A stretch of DNA of 64,000 nucleotides, from the NCBI GenBank assembly GCA_038845265.1, contig JAWBQR010000003.1:89337-153336 (forward strand), written 5' to 3'. Every line of letters starts with the position of its first letter. Position 1 is the first letter of the stretch. The translations under genes were made by a program, and so were the position numbers. The notes beneath the pieces were generated by a model, which searched no databases, was not told the origin of the DNA, and saw only the letters and a program-made list of their open reading frames with translations. Shown here in pieces: positions 17,674 to 27,449 of this stretch. The stretch is from Nitrososphaerota archaeon. Lineage in GTDB: Archaea; Thermoproteota; Nitrososphaeria_A; Caldarchaeales; Calditenuaceae.

Positions 17674-19005
17674 CTAAGGCTGCTCCCGATAAGGCTCCAC
17701 TATTAAGTAGTTATTTTTTTGTCCAATAACTCTTACTCGTTGGTTTTGCTTTATTTCTTCTCGCGCTATTACTCGTCGGTATTCCCCTGCTATTATAACG
17801 TATCCCTCGGCACCTGCTGGAATATCCTCGACTGCCCTCCCTATCTCAGACTGGGGAACTAAACTGTATGTTTTTCTCCTAATTGTCCTCAGGCCCTTCA
17901 ATAATATGAAGGAAAAAATCGCGCCACTACCGATTGCCACTATTATGATTATGCTCATTACTTGGTTTAGCCACTCTTGTGCAACGTATATGGTGCCTGG
18001 AGGAGCTCGGACAATGAGTATTAGGCCTAATCCGATAAGGACTACTCCACTTATCATGGCAAGAGCTATACCCCCTGAATAAAATTCATACAAAACTAGT
18101 ATGGAGCCAAGTATAATTAAGGCTAGCCCAGCCCAATTCAAATTAAATCCCTGCCCAATTAAGCCCAGAATAATCATGATTCCACCTACAAGCTCAGCAC
18201 CAAAGCCAGGAGTGGACAGCCCAACTATTAAAACAAGGACACCAAGCGATAATAGGAGCCCAGATACTAGGGGATCGCTCAGGAAGCTTAGCAAATGATA
18301 TCTAATCCCGGGATCAGCCCGTATTATCTCTACATTAGAGAGGTCTAATGTCCTCTCTCCTCTAATCGTCTTTACTGTCCTGCCATTAGCCTTCTGTAAC
18401 AGTTCTGTAATATCTTTTGCTATTATCTCTATTATGCCTCTCTTAAATGCATCTTCTGGACCAAGATTATCATTATGCGTCACGAACCTAGCAGCCTGTG
18501 TTTCATTTCTGCCGTGCATTCTAGCTAGCGTATGCATCTTCTCAACTAGGAAATTTATCAACTTGGTATCATTGCTAGGAACTCCATTGACTACTGGTTG
18601 TGCCGACCCTATTATTGTGTAGGGAGCCATCGCAGCAAGACTAGAAGCCATGAGGATATAGGTACCTGCAGATAACGCCTGTCCACCTTCTGGATAAACA
18701 TACACTATTACCGGCGCATCGCTATATGTTATAGAGTCAATTATTTGGAACATCGAGTCACCTAAGCCGCCAAAAGTATCTATAGTCATAATGACAGCCT
18801 CAAAATTTCTTGTATCTTCTAAGTATTCTCTGACATATTCGGCTACGGAGGGACCTATATTTCCCTTAATCTCTATTAAGAGGACTCTTTTTGATTCACC
18901 AGAAGCTACGAATGTCCCTAAATTAAGAATTAATAATAGCGAAAATACTATACCAATCACTACTAGAACTTTATTCCTCAACTTTTTTCTTCTTTGTTGC
19001 ACCAA
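17674..19005 (-). CDS. nfeD: Long-form NfeD membrane-bound serine protease
   Basis: IDTFGG, ALSAGTYI, IGSAQPV, HGRN protease domain, TM region, C-terminal OB-like domain; coupled to stomatin gene. Confidence 0.92.
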   Translation of the reverse strand: MVQQRRKKLRNKVLVVIGIVFSLLLILNLGTFVASGESKRVLLIEIKGNIGPSVAEYVREYLEDTRNFEAVIMTIDTFGGLGDSMFQIIDSITYSDAPVIVYVYPEGGQALSAGTYILMASSLAAMAPYTIIGSAQPVVNGVPSNDTKLINFLVEKMHTLARMHGRNETQAARFVTHNDNLGPEDAFKRGIIEIIAKDITELLQKANGRTVKTIRGERTLDLSNVEIIRADPGIRYHLLSFLSDPLVSGLLLSLGVLVLIVGLSTPGFGAELVGGIMIILGLIGQGFNLNWAGLALIILGSILVLYEFYSGGIALAMISGVVLIGLGLILIVRAPPGTIYVAQEWLNQVMSIIIIVAIGSGAIFSFILLKGLRTIRRKTYSLVPQSEIGRAVEDIPAGAEGYVIIAGEYRRVIAREEIKQNQRVRVIGQKNNYLIVEPYREQP

Positions 19006-19771
19006 TGGTTGTGCCGAGAACCGTGGCTAACGAGCCTCCCTCAGTCACTATGATGAGGTTTCTTTCTCTCGCTATTTCCGTCCAAGTTTGCAGCTCTCTA
19101 AGACGCATTGCCTGCGGCATAGACGCATAAGCTGCAGCCGCTTCAGCCATCTTCTGTGCTGCCTGTAACTCACCCTCAGCCATTATTATTCTACTCCTCC
19201 TCTCCCTTTCAGCTTCAGCCTGCTTTGCTATCGCTCTCTGCATACTTTCAGGAATAACTACATCTTTTATTGCAACTGCCGTAACTTTTATGCCCCACGG
19301 GTCCGTCGCTTCGTCGAGTATAGATTGTAAACGTTTATTTAGTTCATCTCTCTTTGCAAGTAAATCATCAAACTCCACCTGCCCTATTACGTCCCTTAGT
19401 GTTGTTTGAGCTAGTAGACTGGCTGCGGTTAAATAGTCTCTAACGCGCATTACGGCGGCTAGCGGGTCCTGAACCCTCATATACACCACGGCATCAACAT
19501 CAACAGTCACGTTATCTTTCGTAATTATCCTCTGTTTAGGTACATCGAAAGTCAATATCCTCATGTCTATTACTCTTGGGGAATCAATTATCGGAACGAT
19601 GAATACTAGCCCAGGACCCTTCGCACCTAATAATCTGCCAAGTCTAAAAACTACTATTCTTTCATATTCCTTCACTATACGAATAGCAGACCCCAGAATA
19701 ATGAGCAGGATAATTACTAGGAAAAATAATCCGATAATCTCGCCTATGCCTACCTGAAGAGTTAAAACCAT
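18971..19771 (-). CDS. SPFH/stomatin (slipin) family protein
   Basis: EYERIVVFRLGR, ITKDNVTVDVDAVVY, AQTTLRDVIG, QAEAERERR. Confidence 0.95.
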   Translation of the reverse strand: MVLTLQVGIGEIIGLFFLVIILLIILGSAIRIVKEYERIVVFRLGRLLGAKGPGLVFIVPIIDSPRVIDMRILTFDVPKQRIITKDNVTVDVDAVVYMRVQDPLAAVMRVRDYLTAASLLAQTTLRDVIGQVEFDDLLAKRDELNKRLQSILDEATDPWGIKVTAVAIKDVVIPESMQRAIAKQAEAERERRSRIIMAEGELQAAQKMAEAAAAYASMPQAMRLRELQTWTEIARERNLIIVTEGGSLATVLGTTIGATKKKKVEE

Positions 19772-19992
19772 ATTTACCCCACTTTTAGTTAAAGATACTG
19801 TATGGGCCCTATTATATTTTTGCTTATTGCTGTAACCAGAATTAATAATTAGGCAGAAACGTATCGATAATGCTCAAACAATTGATGTAATACATAGACA
19901 TCATTTGGATAACCCCAAGGCAATATCTCAGGATAGAAGGCTGAGATAGAATTTTCTCTAACCATTTATTCAGTTACAATCGGTGTCTGACC

Positions 19993-20853
19993 CTGAATAA
20001 TGGAGAACAACAAACAGAGACATTTATTCCCTACACATACATAGGTGAATTACTCAAAGAAATTGAAAAAATTGGAATAACGCCTCAAGAGACTGTAGAA
20101 ATACTGAGAACATTAGAAAAACATGGAATATTCAATGATAGAGAGCATAGCCCATGTAAGGCAATTGAAGATATACTAGTAAAGAGCAGAACAAGTGAGG
20201 AAAATATTTCAAGTATAGAGAAGATTCGTGAATTAGCTACGCTCGGCGAGGTTTTCATAAAAGCAATTTCTTCGCCCTCCCTGTGTAGCTCGGCTGATTT
20301 AGAATTGTTGGTCGAGACCATAAAAAATGTCTCCCGGTTAAGAAAAGAAGATTTTGACCATAAAAGCGGTGATAGCGCTGCTTTGAAAGTAAAGGAATTG
20401 CTAATACGAATAATGATGCCAAGCATCAAAGATCTTGTGATTCCCAAATGGTTATTTGACTCTCTAGAAAAAAGGCTGGTAGATATGCGTGAAAGATTAA
20501 GACATAAAGAGCTAGAACTTGAAAGAATTAAGAGAATGCTTAAGGACCGCGGACTGAGCCCAAATACATTGAGACTATATATAGTTACGGGTCTACTTGA
20601 AGAGACACCGACTATACAGTCAGGGGAGACTGCTAAATTGATATGTCCCTGGTGCAACGAGATTAATCTGGTCTCTCTACCCTTAATAGAGATAATCGAG
20701 GAAGCACAAAAAAAGCACTGGATCTTCAGAGCTCATTGTCAATATTGCTCAAAAATAATTGACGTAGAGCCACATAGGCTTCTCTCAATGTTGGAGCTGA
20801 AGAGAAGGGATTTGAATATAGCTAACAAGATTATTAGTAACCCATCAACCTAA
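19993..20853 (+). CDS. Hypothetical protein with coiled coil and C-terminal Zn finger (CPWC...CQYC); probable CTG start
   Basis: Frame of track ORF 20305..20853 is open back to a stop at 19942-19944; GGTG SD-like motif at 19982 precedes in-frame CTG at 19987/19993. Confidence 0.6.
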   Translation: MNNGEQQTETFIPYTYIGELLKEIEKIGITPQETVEILRTLEKHGIFNDREHSPCKAIEDILVKSRTSEENISSIEKIRELATLGEVFIKAISSPSLCSSADLELLVETIKNVSRLRKEDFDHKSGDSAALKVKELLIRIMMPSIKDLVIPKWLFDSLEKRLVDMRERLRHKELELERIKRMLKDRGLSPNTLRLYIVTGLLEETPTIQSGETAKLICPWCNEINLVSLPLIEIIEEAQKKHWIFRAHCQYCSKIIDVEPHRLLSMLELKRRDLNIANKIISNPST

Positions 20854-20897
20854 GTAGTCTATTTATTAAGCCCATAATAAAATTTACGCGAACCAAG

Positions 20898-21659
20898 ATG
20901 AGGAAAAATCCATTAAAATCTAGGCTTCGAAATGGTGAGAACGTAATCGGCACCTTCCTCTGCATAAATAGCCCTGCAGTCGTTGAGATCTTTGGGTATG
21001 CTGGATTTGACTTCGTCATAATAGACATGGAGCATGGCCCATTTAACTTTGAAACCGTTGAAAATATGATAAGAGCAGCGGAAGCATCAGGAATCACACC
21101 TATAGTTAGGACGCCATCAAGCGAGGAGACCTATATCCTCAGGGCTCTAGAATGTGGAGCTGCTGGTGTTCAGGTACCGCATGTAGATGAAGTTGAGACT
21201 GCAAAGCAAGTAATTGAGGCAGCAATGTACTATCCACGGGGATTGAGAGGAGTCTCACCATATACTAAAGCTGCCCAATACTCAGCCATCGATCCTAAGA
21301 CACATATGGATACTTCTAATATGGAAGTTATGACGATTATACATATAGAGAGTCAAAAAGGCATTAATAATTTGCCGGCAATGCTTGACTCCGCACCGGT
21401 AGATGTAGTCTTTTTAGGACCATACGACCTCTCACAATCACTCGGAATACCAGGAATGGTAGATGATCCTAGGGTAATAGAGAGCATAACAAAAGGACTC
21501 AAAATCTGCAGAGAAAAAGGCGTAGCCGTAGGTACATTCGTGGAGAGCCCGGAAAGAGCTAGGAGATGGATGAATTCAGGAATACAATACATAGCCTACT
21601 CGGTCGACATTGGAATATTTATGAGAACAGCAAAGCAGATAATTCAAAACTTTAAATAA
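20898..21659 (+). CDS. HpcH/HpaI-family class II aldolase
   Basis: GFDFVIIDMEHG, YYPRGLRG, HIES, FLGPYDLSQSLG. Confidence 0.92.
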   Translation: MRKNPLKSRLRNGENVIGTFLCINSPAVVEIFGYAGFDFVIIDMEHGPFNFETVENMIRAAEASGITPIVRTPSSEETYILRALECGAAGVQVPHVDEVETAKQVIEAAMYYPRGLRGVSPYTKAAQYSAIDPKTHMDTSNMEVMTIIHIESQKGINNLPAMLDSAPVDVVFLGPYDLSQSLGIPGMVDDPRVIESITKGLKICREKGVAVGTFVESPERARRWMNSGIQYIAYSVDIGIFMRTAKQIIQNFK

Positions 21660-21794
21660 AAATTATTTATTTTGAAAACCACTAAAATTAACAGCACGGC
21701 AACTTCTTTATTACTCATGAGGTCTGAGTAAAAATTGAGCAATATACTGTAAGAAAAATTTATCTTTAGGAGAACTATGTAACTAGATAACTCT

Positions 21795-22688
21795 ATGAAG
21801 AGAATACCAAAAGAAATGGGTATTTTCAAGTTTAGTAGAAATAATAAACCCGTTGAATATGTTGATCTAGGAGAAATAGTTGTCTTAGAGCTAGAGGACG
21901 CAGTAGGTGGACAGGTGCAAAGCGAAGATACTCCCCTAGAAAAACTTGATTGGAATAGAGTTAACAAAGCCACTGGACCCATCTATATTAACGGAGTAAA
22001 TAAAGGAGACACACTAGTTGTCGACATACTCAAAATAGAGGTCGCCTCAAAAGGAGTAATTCTAGTTGTTCCCGGTGCAGGCGCATTAGCAAAAAAGAAC
22101 TTTAAGCCAAGAGCTAAAATAGTCAAGATAGAAAATGGCTTCGCTTATTTCGACAAGTTTAAACTTCCAGTGAGACCCATGATAGGCACCATTGGTGTCG
22201 CTCCTGATGAAGAAGAATATCCCACAGGCACTCCATATAAGCATGGTGGAAATCTTGACTGCAAAGAAATTCGCAGTGGAGCGAAGTTGTACTTGCCTGT
22301 TTATGTAGACGGCGCATTATTTGCGGCTGGCGATCTGCACGCATTCCAAGAAGACGGTGAATTATGTGTATCATCTATCGAGGTAGAAGGAAAAGTATTA
22401 CTGAGATTTAATGTCATAAAAAATATGAGACCAGAGTGGCCAATAGTCGAGACACAAGATAACTACTCTATCCTTGTAGCAGATGATGATTTAGATAAAG
22501 CAGTAGAAATAGCGACTGAAAAAGCTGTTAATGCATTAATGAAAGCTAATAACTGGAGCTTCGAGGAATCATACATGTTCAGCAGCCTAGGAGTAAAAAT
22601 AGCAGTAAACCAAGTCGTAGATCCTAAAAAAGGAGTTAGGGCAATGATTCCGAAAGAATTTATATCTATTCAACACCTACTTTCATGA
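21795..22688 (+). CDS. Acetamidase/formamidase family protein
   Basis: NKATGPIYI, PMIGTIGVAP, HGGNLDC, GDLHAFQEDGE, QVVDP. Confidence 0.92.
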   Translation: MKRIPKEMGIFKFSRNNKPVEYVDLGEIVVLELEDAVGGQVQSEDTPLEKLDWNRVNKATGPIYINGVNKGDTLVVDILKIEVASKGVILVVPGAGALAKKNFKPRAKIVKIENGFAYFDKFKLPVRPMIGTIGVAPDEEEYPTGTPYKHGGNLDCKEIRSGAKLYLPVYVDGALFAAGDLHAFQEDGELCVSSIEVEGKVLLRFNVIKNMRPEWPIVETQDNYSILVADDDLDKAVEIATEKAVNALMKANNWSFEESYMFSSLGVKIAVNQVVDPKKGVRAMIPKEFISIQHLLS

Positions 22689-22714
22689 TTACCAAATAGG
22701 GTGGCAAAATAAGA

Positions 22715-23527
22715 TTGAGGGTAGAACTAACGGATGAAGAGATAATCTCCGAAGCCACGGGGATCGTAAAGAAGGCAGAAGAAAAGGGAATAATATTAAG
22801 AATACTGGGTGCATTAGCCATTAGGATGCACTCTGAGAAACTAAAAGAGCTACATAAGAGACTTAGCAGGCTCGGAGAAAATACAGATAGATCCTTTACC
22901 GATATAGATTTAGTTGGATATTCGTCTCAAAGAGCTGAAATTAGAAATCTAATGGAAAAAGAACTTTCATTTAGCATCTCTAAGCAGTTTCTATTTCTAT
23001 ATGGTAAAGAAAGACTCATCTACTATCATCCATCAAACCTATATCACGTTGACATATTTTTTGATAAACTCAATTTTAGCCATACGATTCCCTTCGGTAA
23101 AAAAGGCAGCGGACGATTAGAGCTTGACAACCCAACAATAACGCCTACAGATTTACTTTTAGAAAAATTACAAATTCATCAAATAAATGAAAAAGATATC
23201 AAAGACTTAATCATACTTATAAGAGGACACGAATTAGGAGATGATGATAATAATAAAATAAATCTACAATATATTTCAAAACTTTTAGGAGATGATTGGG
23301 GATTTTGGATGGATGCTACTGAGAATCTTAAAAAGACTATGAATTATGCTGAAAAATATTTTGAAGAATCTCTAATCACTGAAGGAGACTTAAGAGATGT
23401 TTTAGAAAAATGTTCAAAGATTCTTGATCTTCTGGAAAACTGTCCAAAAACAAAAAATTGGGAAAAAAGGGCGAAGAAGGGAATAAAAGAAAAGTATTGG
23501 CAAGATGTTGAAGAACTTTATAGATAA
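22715..23527 (+). CDS. Uncharacterised nucleotidyltransferase-fold protein
   Basis: LGALAI...TDIDLVG and downstream HVDIF give the hG..DxD..D pattern of Pol-beta-type nucleotidyltransferases; DLLLEKLQI...EKDIKD helical region. Confidence 0.6.
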   Translation: MRVELTDEEIISEATGIVKKAEEKGIILRILGALAIRMHSEKLKELHKRLSRLGENTDRSFTDIDLVGYSSQRAEIRNLMEKELSFSISKQFLFLYGKERLIYYHPSNLYHVDIFFDKLNFSHTIPFGKKGSGRLELDNPTITPTDLLLEKLQIHQINEKDIKDLIILIRGHELGDDDNNKINLQYISKLLGDDWGFWMDATENLKKTMNYAEKYFEESLITEGDLRDVLEKCSKILDLLENCPKTKNWEKRAKKGIKEKYWQDVEELYR

Positions 23528-23531
23528 CTTA

Positions 23532-24491
23532 TTATCCTGATGTGAAGATATAGTCTTTTACCTTGTTTTTATCAATCTGGATTAGTACACCTCTCAGAAT
23601 ACCTTCATGATATTCGCTTCCAGGATTAAAACAAAGCGTCTTATTTATCCTTGAGAAACCTCTAGCTTCATGGACATGTCCGTGCAGTCCAAGTAATGGT
23701 CTGAATGTTTCTATGCATTTTCTTACGGCTCTGCTCCCAACTGGTATTAGCACTAATTGGCCACCAGGACCGACTTTGGGCCTCATATTCTCATTAAGTT
23801 CTGGAGCAGAATCTATACCTGAGTCATAAGGAGGAACATGAATGTTAAATATTACATCAACGCCTGCACTAATATTGCTCATCAATTTAATAATCTTAGA
23901 CTCAAGTTCTTCCTCAGATATGTCTCTAGGACATTTCCATGGTGTAATATTTGAGTAACCTAGGCTTAGCATCTCCAGTTTATCAGAAAGCTGAACGATT
24001 TTTTCATTTGGATTAATTATTATGTCGGAGGAGCTCAATATTGGGTCAATTGCATAGCTATCATCGTTTCCAGGCATGATGTAACATTTCACATTCTTTC
24101 CATTTAGTTTCTTCTCAGCATAATTAATCCATCCACGCACTGACTCAATTACCAACTCATTAAAAATCTCGTCCATTTTATCTCTATCCTGTACGAGGTT
24201 CCCCCAAACCTCCTTAGTAGTAATGTATGGATATGAGCCCGAGTCTTTTATTTTCTGAATAGATCTTTCAAGCTCCTCTCTGTTTGTTATTAATTGTTCT
24301 TCTTTATCTATTCTAAGTTTGTAGTAGTTTCCGTAGTCATATATAGGTACTATGAATTTTCCAGTAATGTCTCCACCTAGGATTATGACGTCTGATTTAT
24401 AGACATCTACAGAATTTATGAATTTCTTGAAGCATACCTCGCTTCCATGGATATCTGATATAAAAAATATCCTGAGTTTATTGTTTGTCAT
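23532..24491 (-). CDS. Calcineurin-like metallophosphoesterase (Icc-related)
   Basis: SDIHG, GGDITGK, PGNDD, HVPP, LHGHVHE, NPGSEY motifs. Confidence 0.92.
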   Translation of the reverse strand: MTNNKLRIFFISDIHGSEVCFKKFINSVDVYKSDVIILGGDITGKFIVPIYDYGNYYKLRIDKEEQLITNREELERSIQKIKDSGSYPYITTKEVWGNLVQDRDKMDEIFNELVIESVRGWINYAEKKLNGKNVKCYIMPGNDDSYAIDPILSSSDIIINPNEKIVQLSDKLEMLSLGYSNITPWKCPRDISEEELESKIIKLMSNISAGVDVIFNIHVPPYDSGIDSAPELNENMRPKVGPGGQLVLIPVGSRAVRKCIETFRPLLGLHGHVHEARGFSRINKTLCFNPGSEYHEGILRGVLIQIDKNKVKDYIFTSG

Positions 24492-24500
24492 TTTTGTGAA

Positions 24501-26063
24501 CTACTCCGGTGGAAGTTCCTTGAACGATAGTTCGAGAGGTATTCCTGTCTTGCGGTGGTATAGCGAGGATATGAGGTAGATCACGATGCCTATTATGAAA
24601 AGCCCGATAGTGAATGCCATTATTGATGGGTCGAGTTCTCCGACAAATGCTGGCGATATACTTGCGTAGCCTAGGTATATTGATAGTATTATCGCTATGA
24701 TTGACAATATATGTAAAACATATATCGGTCCGATTCTTGTCTTGACAATTGATGGAGACCTTTCCCAAATGTCTTTTCTCCTGGAAGGGAACAATAAAGC
24801 AGCGATAGAGGTTATTATCTGCATTATCATCCATCCGAAGACAATATATGCGAAATATTGTAAAAGCGGAGTCCAGAGCCATAGTGCTTGGAATATTATG
24901 GCCACTATTGTTACAAAGATTAAAGCTGCGTATGGTGTGTGATATCGTACATCGACATTCGACAAAAAAGTCGGTACTACTCTGTCGAAAGCCCATGCAA
25001 ATACAAATCTTACACCAGAGGCGACGTAAGTCAATATCGCGGCTAAGACCATCGCTCCCCATCCAATCATCATTATTGTAAAGACTCTGGGATCGACAGA
25101 GTACTGGAATAACCACATAAAGAAGGGTTCCCTCGCTAGTGGATAGTTGCTGCTTCCAATTGCATAGAGGTAGGACAATGCGCCAAGAAACTCTCCACCC
25201 ATTCCAACGTATGAAACTTCGTATGCTAACCAGTCAATAAATCCGAAGAGCAATACCGCTCCGACTATGGCAATTATCTGAGACTTCTGAACCTCTTTAA
25301 TCTCTCCAGCGAGATATATTGAAAAATTGAATCCAAGGAAGTTGATGTATGTAAATGTTAACCCAAGTAGAGTTGCTGATAACAAGAATGTGCCTGGATA
25401 ACCCTCTTTTACGGCTTCACTGATTATAGATTCATAAGAAACACCGGTGGCCTTGGTGAAATTTTCTGCAAAGCCTGCTTTACCAATCATGAGTAGCCCT
25501 GCTACATAGACGACTAAGCCTATCAAGACCAGTATGAAGAACGCCCATAAAACTTTAGTTGTAGCTTTCGCCCCTCTAGAAATTATCAATGCACATATCA
25601 AATAGTAGATGACCGCAAAGATGAATGTAAATTCGTTTGATGAAACGAGAGCCGCTAAGTCTGTCATGCCGTTGACCTCAAAAATCGGTGCCAATGTATA
25701 TTGAGTAAACCAAGGAATGTATGCGCCAGCAACACTCAATACCGTCATGAATAGAAAGAAGTTAATGGCGTAGCCCAATGAGGGATGAAGTATCCTGCTG
25801 ACCCATATGTAGTCTCCTCCTGCTCTAGGCATAGCTATCGAGAATAATGCGTAGAATAATCCAATGACCAAGCTTATGGGTATAGCTAGTAGTGCGGTGG
25901 CGGGGAGATGTGCGCCTGGATATATTACAGAGGCCCATACGCCGTATACCAAGATTGCCATAGGCGCCATGACCATAATGTTAAAAATCATGGCATCGAA
26001 TGCAGAGATGTTTCGTATAAGCCCTGACGCCCTCCTTACGTAAACATCCCTACTCATTCCCAA
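24501..26063 (-). CDS. APC-family amino acid/polyamine permease
   Basis: YVRRASGLIR, AMPRAGGDYIWVSR, YLAGEIK, RFVFAWAFDRVVP, FKELPPE; about 12 TM helices. Confidence 0.93.
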   Translation of the reverse strand: MGMSRDVYVRRASGLIRNISAFDAMIFNIMVMAPMAILVYGVWASVIYPGAHLPATALLAIPISLVIGLFYALFSIAMPRAGGDYIWVSRILHPSLGYAINFFLFMTVLSVAGAYIPWFTQYTLAPIFEVNGMTDLAALVSSNEFTFIFAVIYYLICALIISRGAKATTKVLWAFFILVLIGLVVYVAGLLMIGKAGFAENFTKATGVSYESIISEAVKEGYPGTFLLSATLLGLTFTYINFLGFNFSIYLAGEIKEVQKSQIIAIVGAVLLFGFIDWLAYEVSYVGMGGEFLGALSYLYAIGSSNYPLAREPFFMWLFQYSVDPRVFTIMMIGWGAMVLAAILTYVASGVRFVFAWAFDRVVPTFLSNVDVRYHTPYAALIFVTIVAIIFQALWLWTPLLQYFAYIVFGWMIMQIITSIAALLFPSRRKDIWERSPSIVKTRIGPIYVLHILSIIAIILSIYLGYASISPAFVGELDPSIMAFTIGLFIIGIVIYLISSLYHRKTGIPLELSFKELPPE

Positions 26064-26142
26064 TTACATCTCCTTTTGGATATTTTTCAATCTTTTGCAA
26101 TTTTTAAAATAAATTTATTGTATAAAAACTTTACTATTGATT

Positions 26143-27414
26143 CTATTTCTCATGATAAATCCAGCCTTCCATCTTTTCCCATTCCCAATGATAACTGGTC
26201 GGAACAGCATAGCCATAGACTATGCATCCCCGCCATACGGCATACTGTGGTTCTGCTGATAACTTTACGTTGACGTTCTCTAATCCTTTATTTCTCAACA
26301 TGTATTGAAGTTTTGTTTGTGAATCTACTGTAATTCCTTTGAGTAAGGATAAAGGTTTCCACATAAAGTTACCGCCCGACAAAATTATATGTGCATATAA
26401 GTGGGGCTGTAACTCCACTGGGCACCTCTCTACAGCCCTTATTATTGTCTCAGCCATGTCTAAGGTTCCATAGAAAGTAATATCTCCTATCCTAGTGTCA
26501 GATGGTCTCGGCATGCCCCTCTTAAAGTAGCTCTGAAAGACCTCATGGTTGGGATTGAAAACATACTCTCCTATCAAGAAACGAGTCCATGAATACTCAG
26601 CCAAGTCAATCTTAATTCTCGTTCCCGGCACTTGGTAGACCGCTCGGACCTGTTCAGGGTTACGCTTGGCGTAATTGATAGCCTCGTCAAGCTCGAGGGG
26701 GAGTAGCCCGATGTTTTCCTTAACTTTTCTGACTAGATTCTCTTCTCTTGCGAGGTCACCATACCCTGCATCTTTTAGTATCTCTGCAGTAATTGCATTT
26801 GCCTCACTTCCACCTCTATTCAAGGCAACTATGGCGTCTCTAATAGGCGCCCTAGATATTGGTGCGACCTGCGTATTCCCATGGCCGCTTTCGACGACGA
26901 CACAAGATAGCTCTTTATGAGCTATCGCAACAGCTAATGGCTGAGGTATAATTGTTGATGCATAGACCAGTTTACTTTCCTTAGCTATGCTATCGTATAT
27001 GTTTATTAAATTTTCATACATATATCGAGGAGCTACGGCAGATAATGATGCAACAAGATAAAATCCTTTAAAGCCAAAACCACTAGGTTTAAACTCCTCA
27101 AGTGCAAACATGGTTAATTCCTTAATAATTCTCCATGCGTTCTGATCGCCTTTTGGTATTACTCCATCCCTCATTGGATATATTAATCTCGATGAAAGAT
27201 CAGCCCCACTTTCAAGAAAATACGATACTTCTTTTCCTACTACTATGTCTTTTTCGACACCCAAAATCTTAGATACCATTGACTTCTCTGGGAGATATCC
27301 ACGATTCTCAATAATTGCGGGCCTCTCACCTAAAGTAATCGGTCCATATTTATAATCACTAGTTCCATAATCACTACCAAATACGAACCTGCGCTTGTAA
27401 TCCTCCTCAAACAA
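26143..27414 (-). CDS. Crenactin (archaeal actin)
   Basis: SDYGTSDYKYG phosphate-1, YPMRDGVI, IPQPLAVA, ESGHGNTQVAPI phosphate-2, ILSGGN, PQYAVWRG, WEWEKMEGW C-terminus. Confidence 0.93.
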   Translation of the reverse strand: MFEEDYKRRFVFGSDYGTSDYKYGPITLGERPAIIENRGYLPEKSMVSKILGVEKDIVVGKEVSYFLESGADLSSRLIYPMRDGVIPKGDQNAWRIIKELTMFALEEFKPSGFGFKGFYLVASLSAVAPRYMYENLINIYDSIAKESKLVYASTIIPQPLAVAIAHKELSCVVVESGHGNTQVAPISRAPIRDAIVALNRGGSEANAITAEILKDAGYGDLAREENLVRKVKENIGLLPLELDEAINYAKRNPEQVRAVYQVPGTRIKIDLAEYSWTRFLIGEYVFNPNHEVFQSYFKRGMPRPSDTRIGDITFYGTLDMAETIIRAVERCPVELQPHLYAHIILSGGNFMWKPLSLLKGITVDSQTKLQYMLRNKGLENVNVKLSAEPQYAVWRGCIVYGYAVPTSYHWEWEKMEGWIYHEK

Positions 27415-27449
27415 TCCTACTAGAGAGTCGAGAACACGTAATTATTAAG

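Noticed and set aside
20085-20657. 190-aa minus-strand ORF
   Set aside because: Ser/Leu-rich antisense shadow of the plus-strand Zn-finger gene
24478-25116. 212-aa minus-strand ORF overlapping the APC permease
   Set aside because: Alternative frame of the permease gene with no motifs and atypical composition
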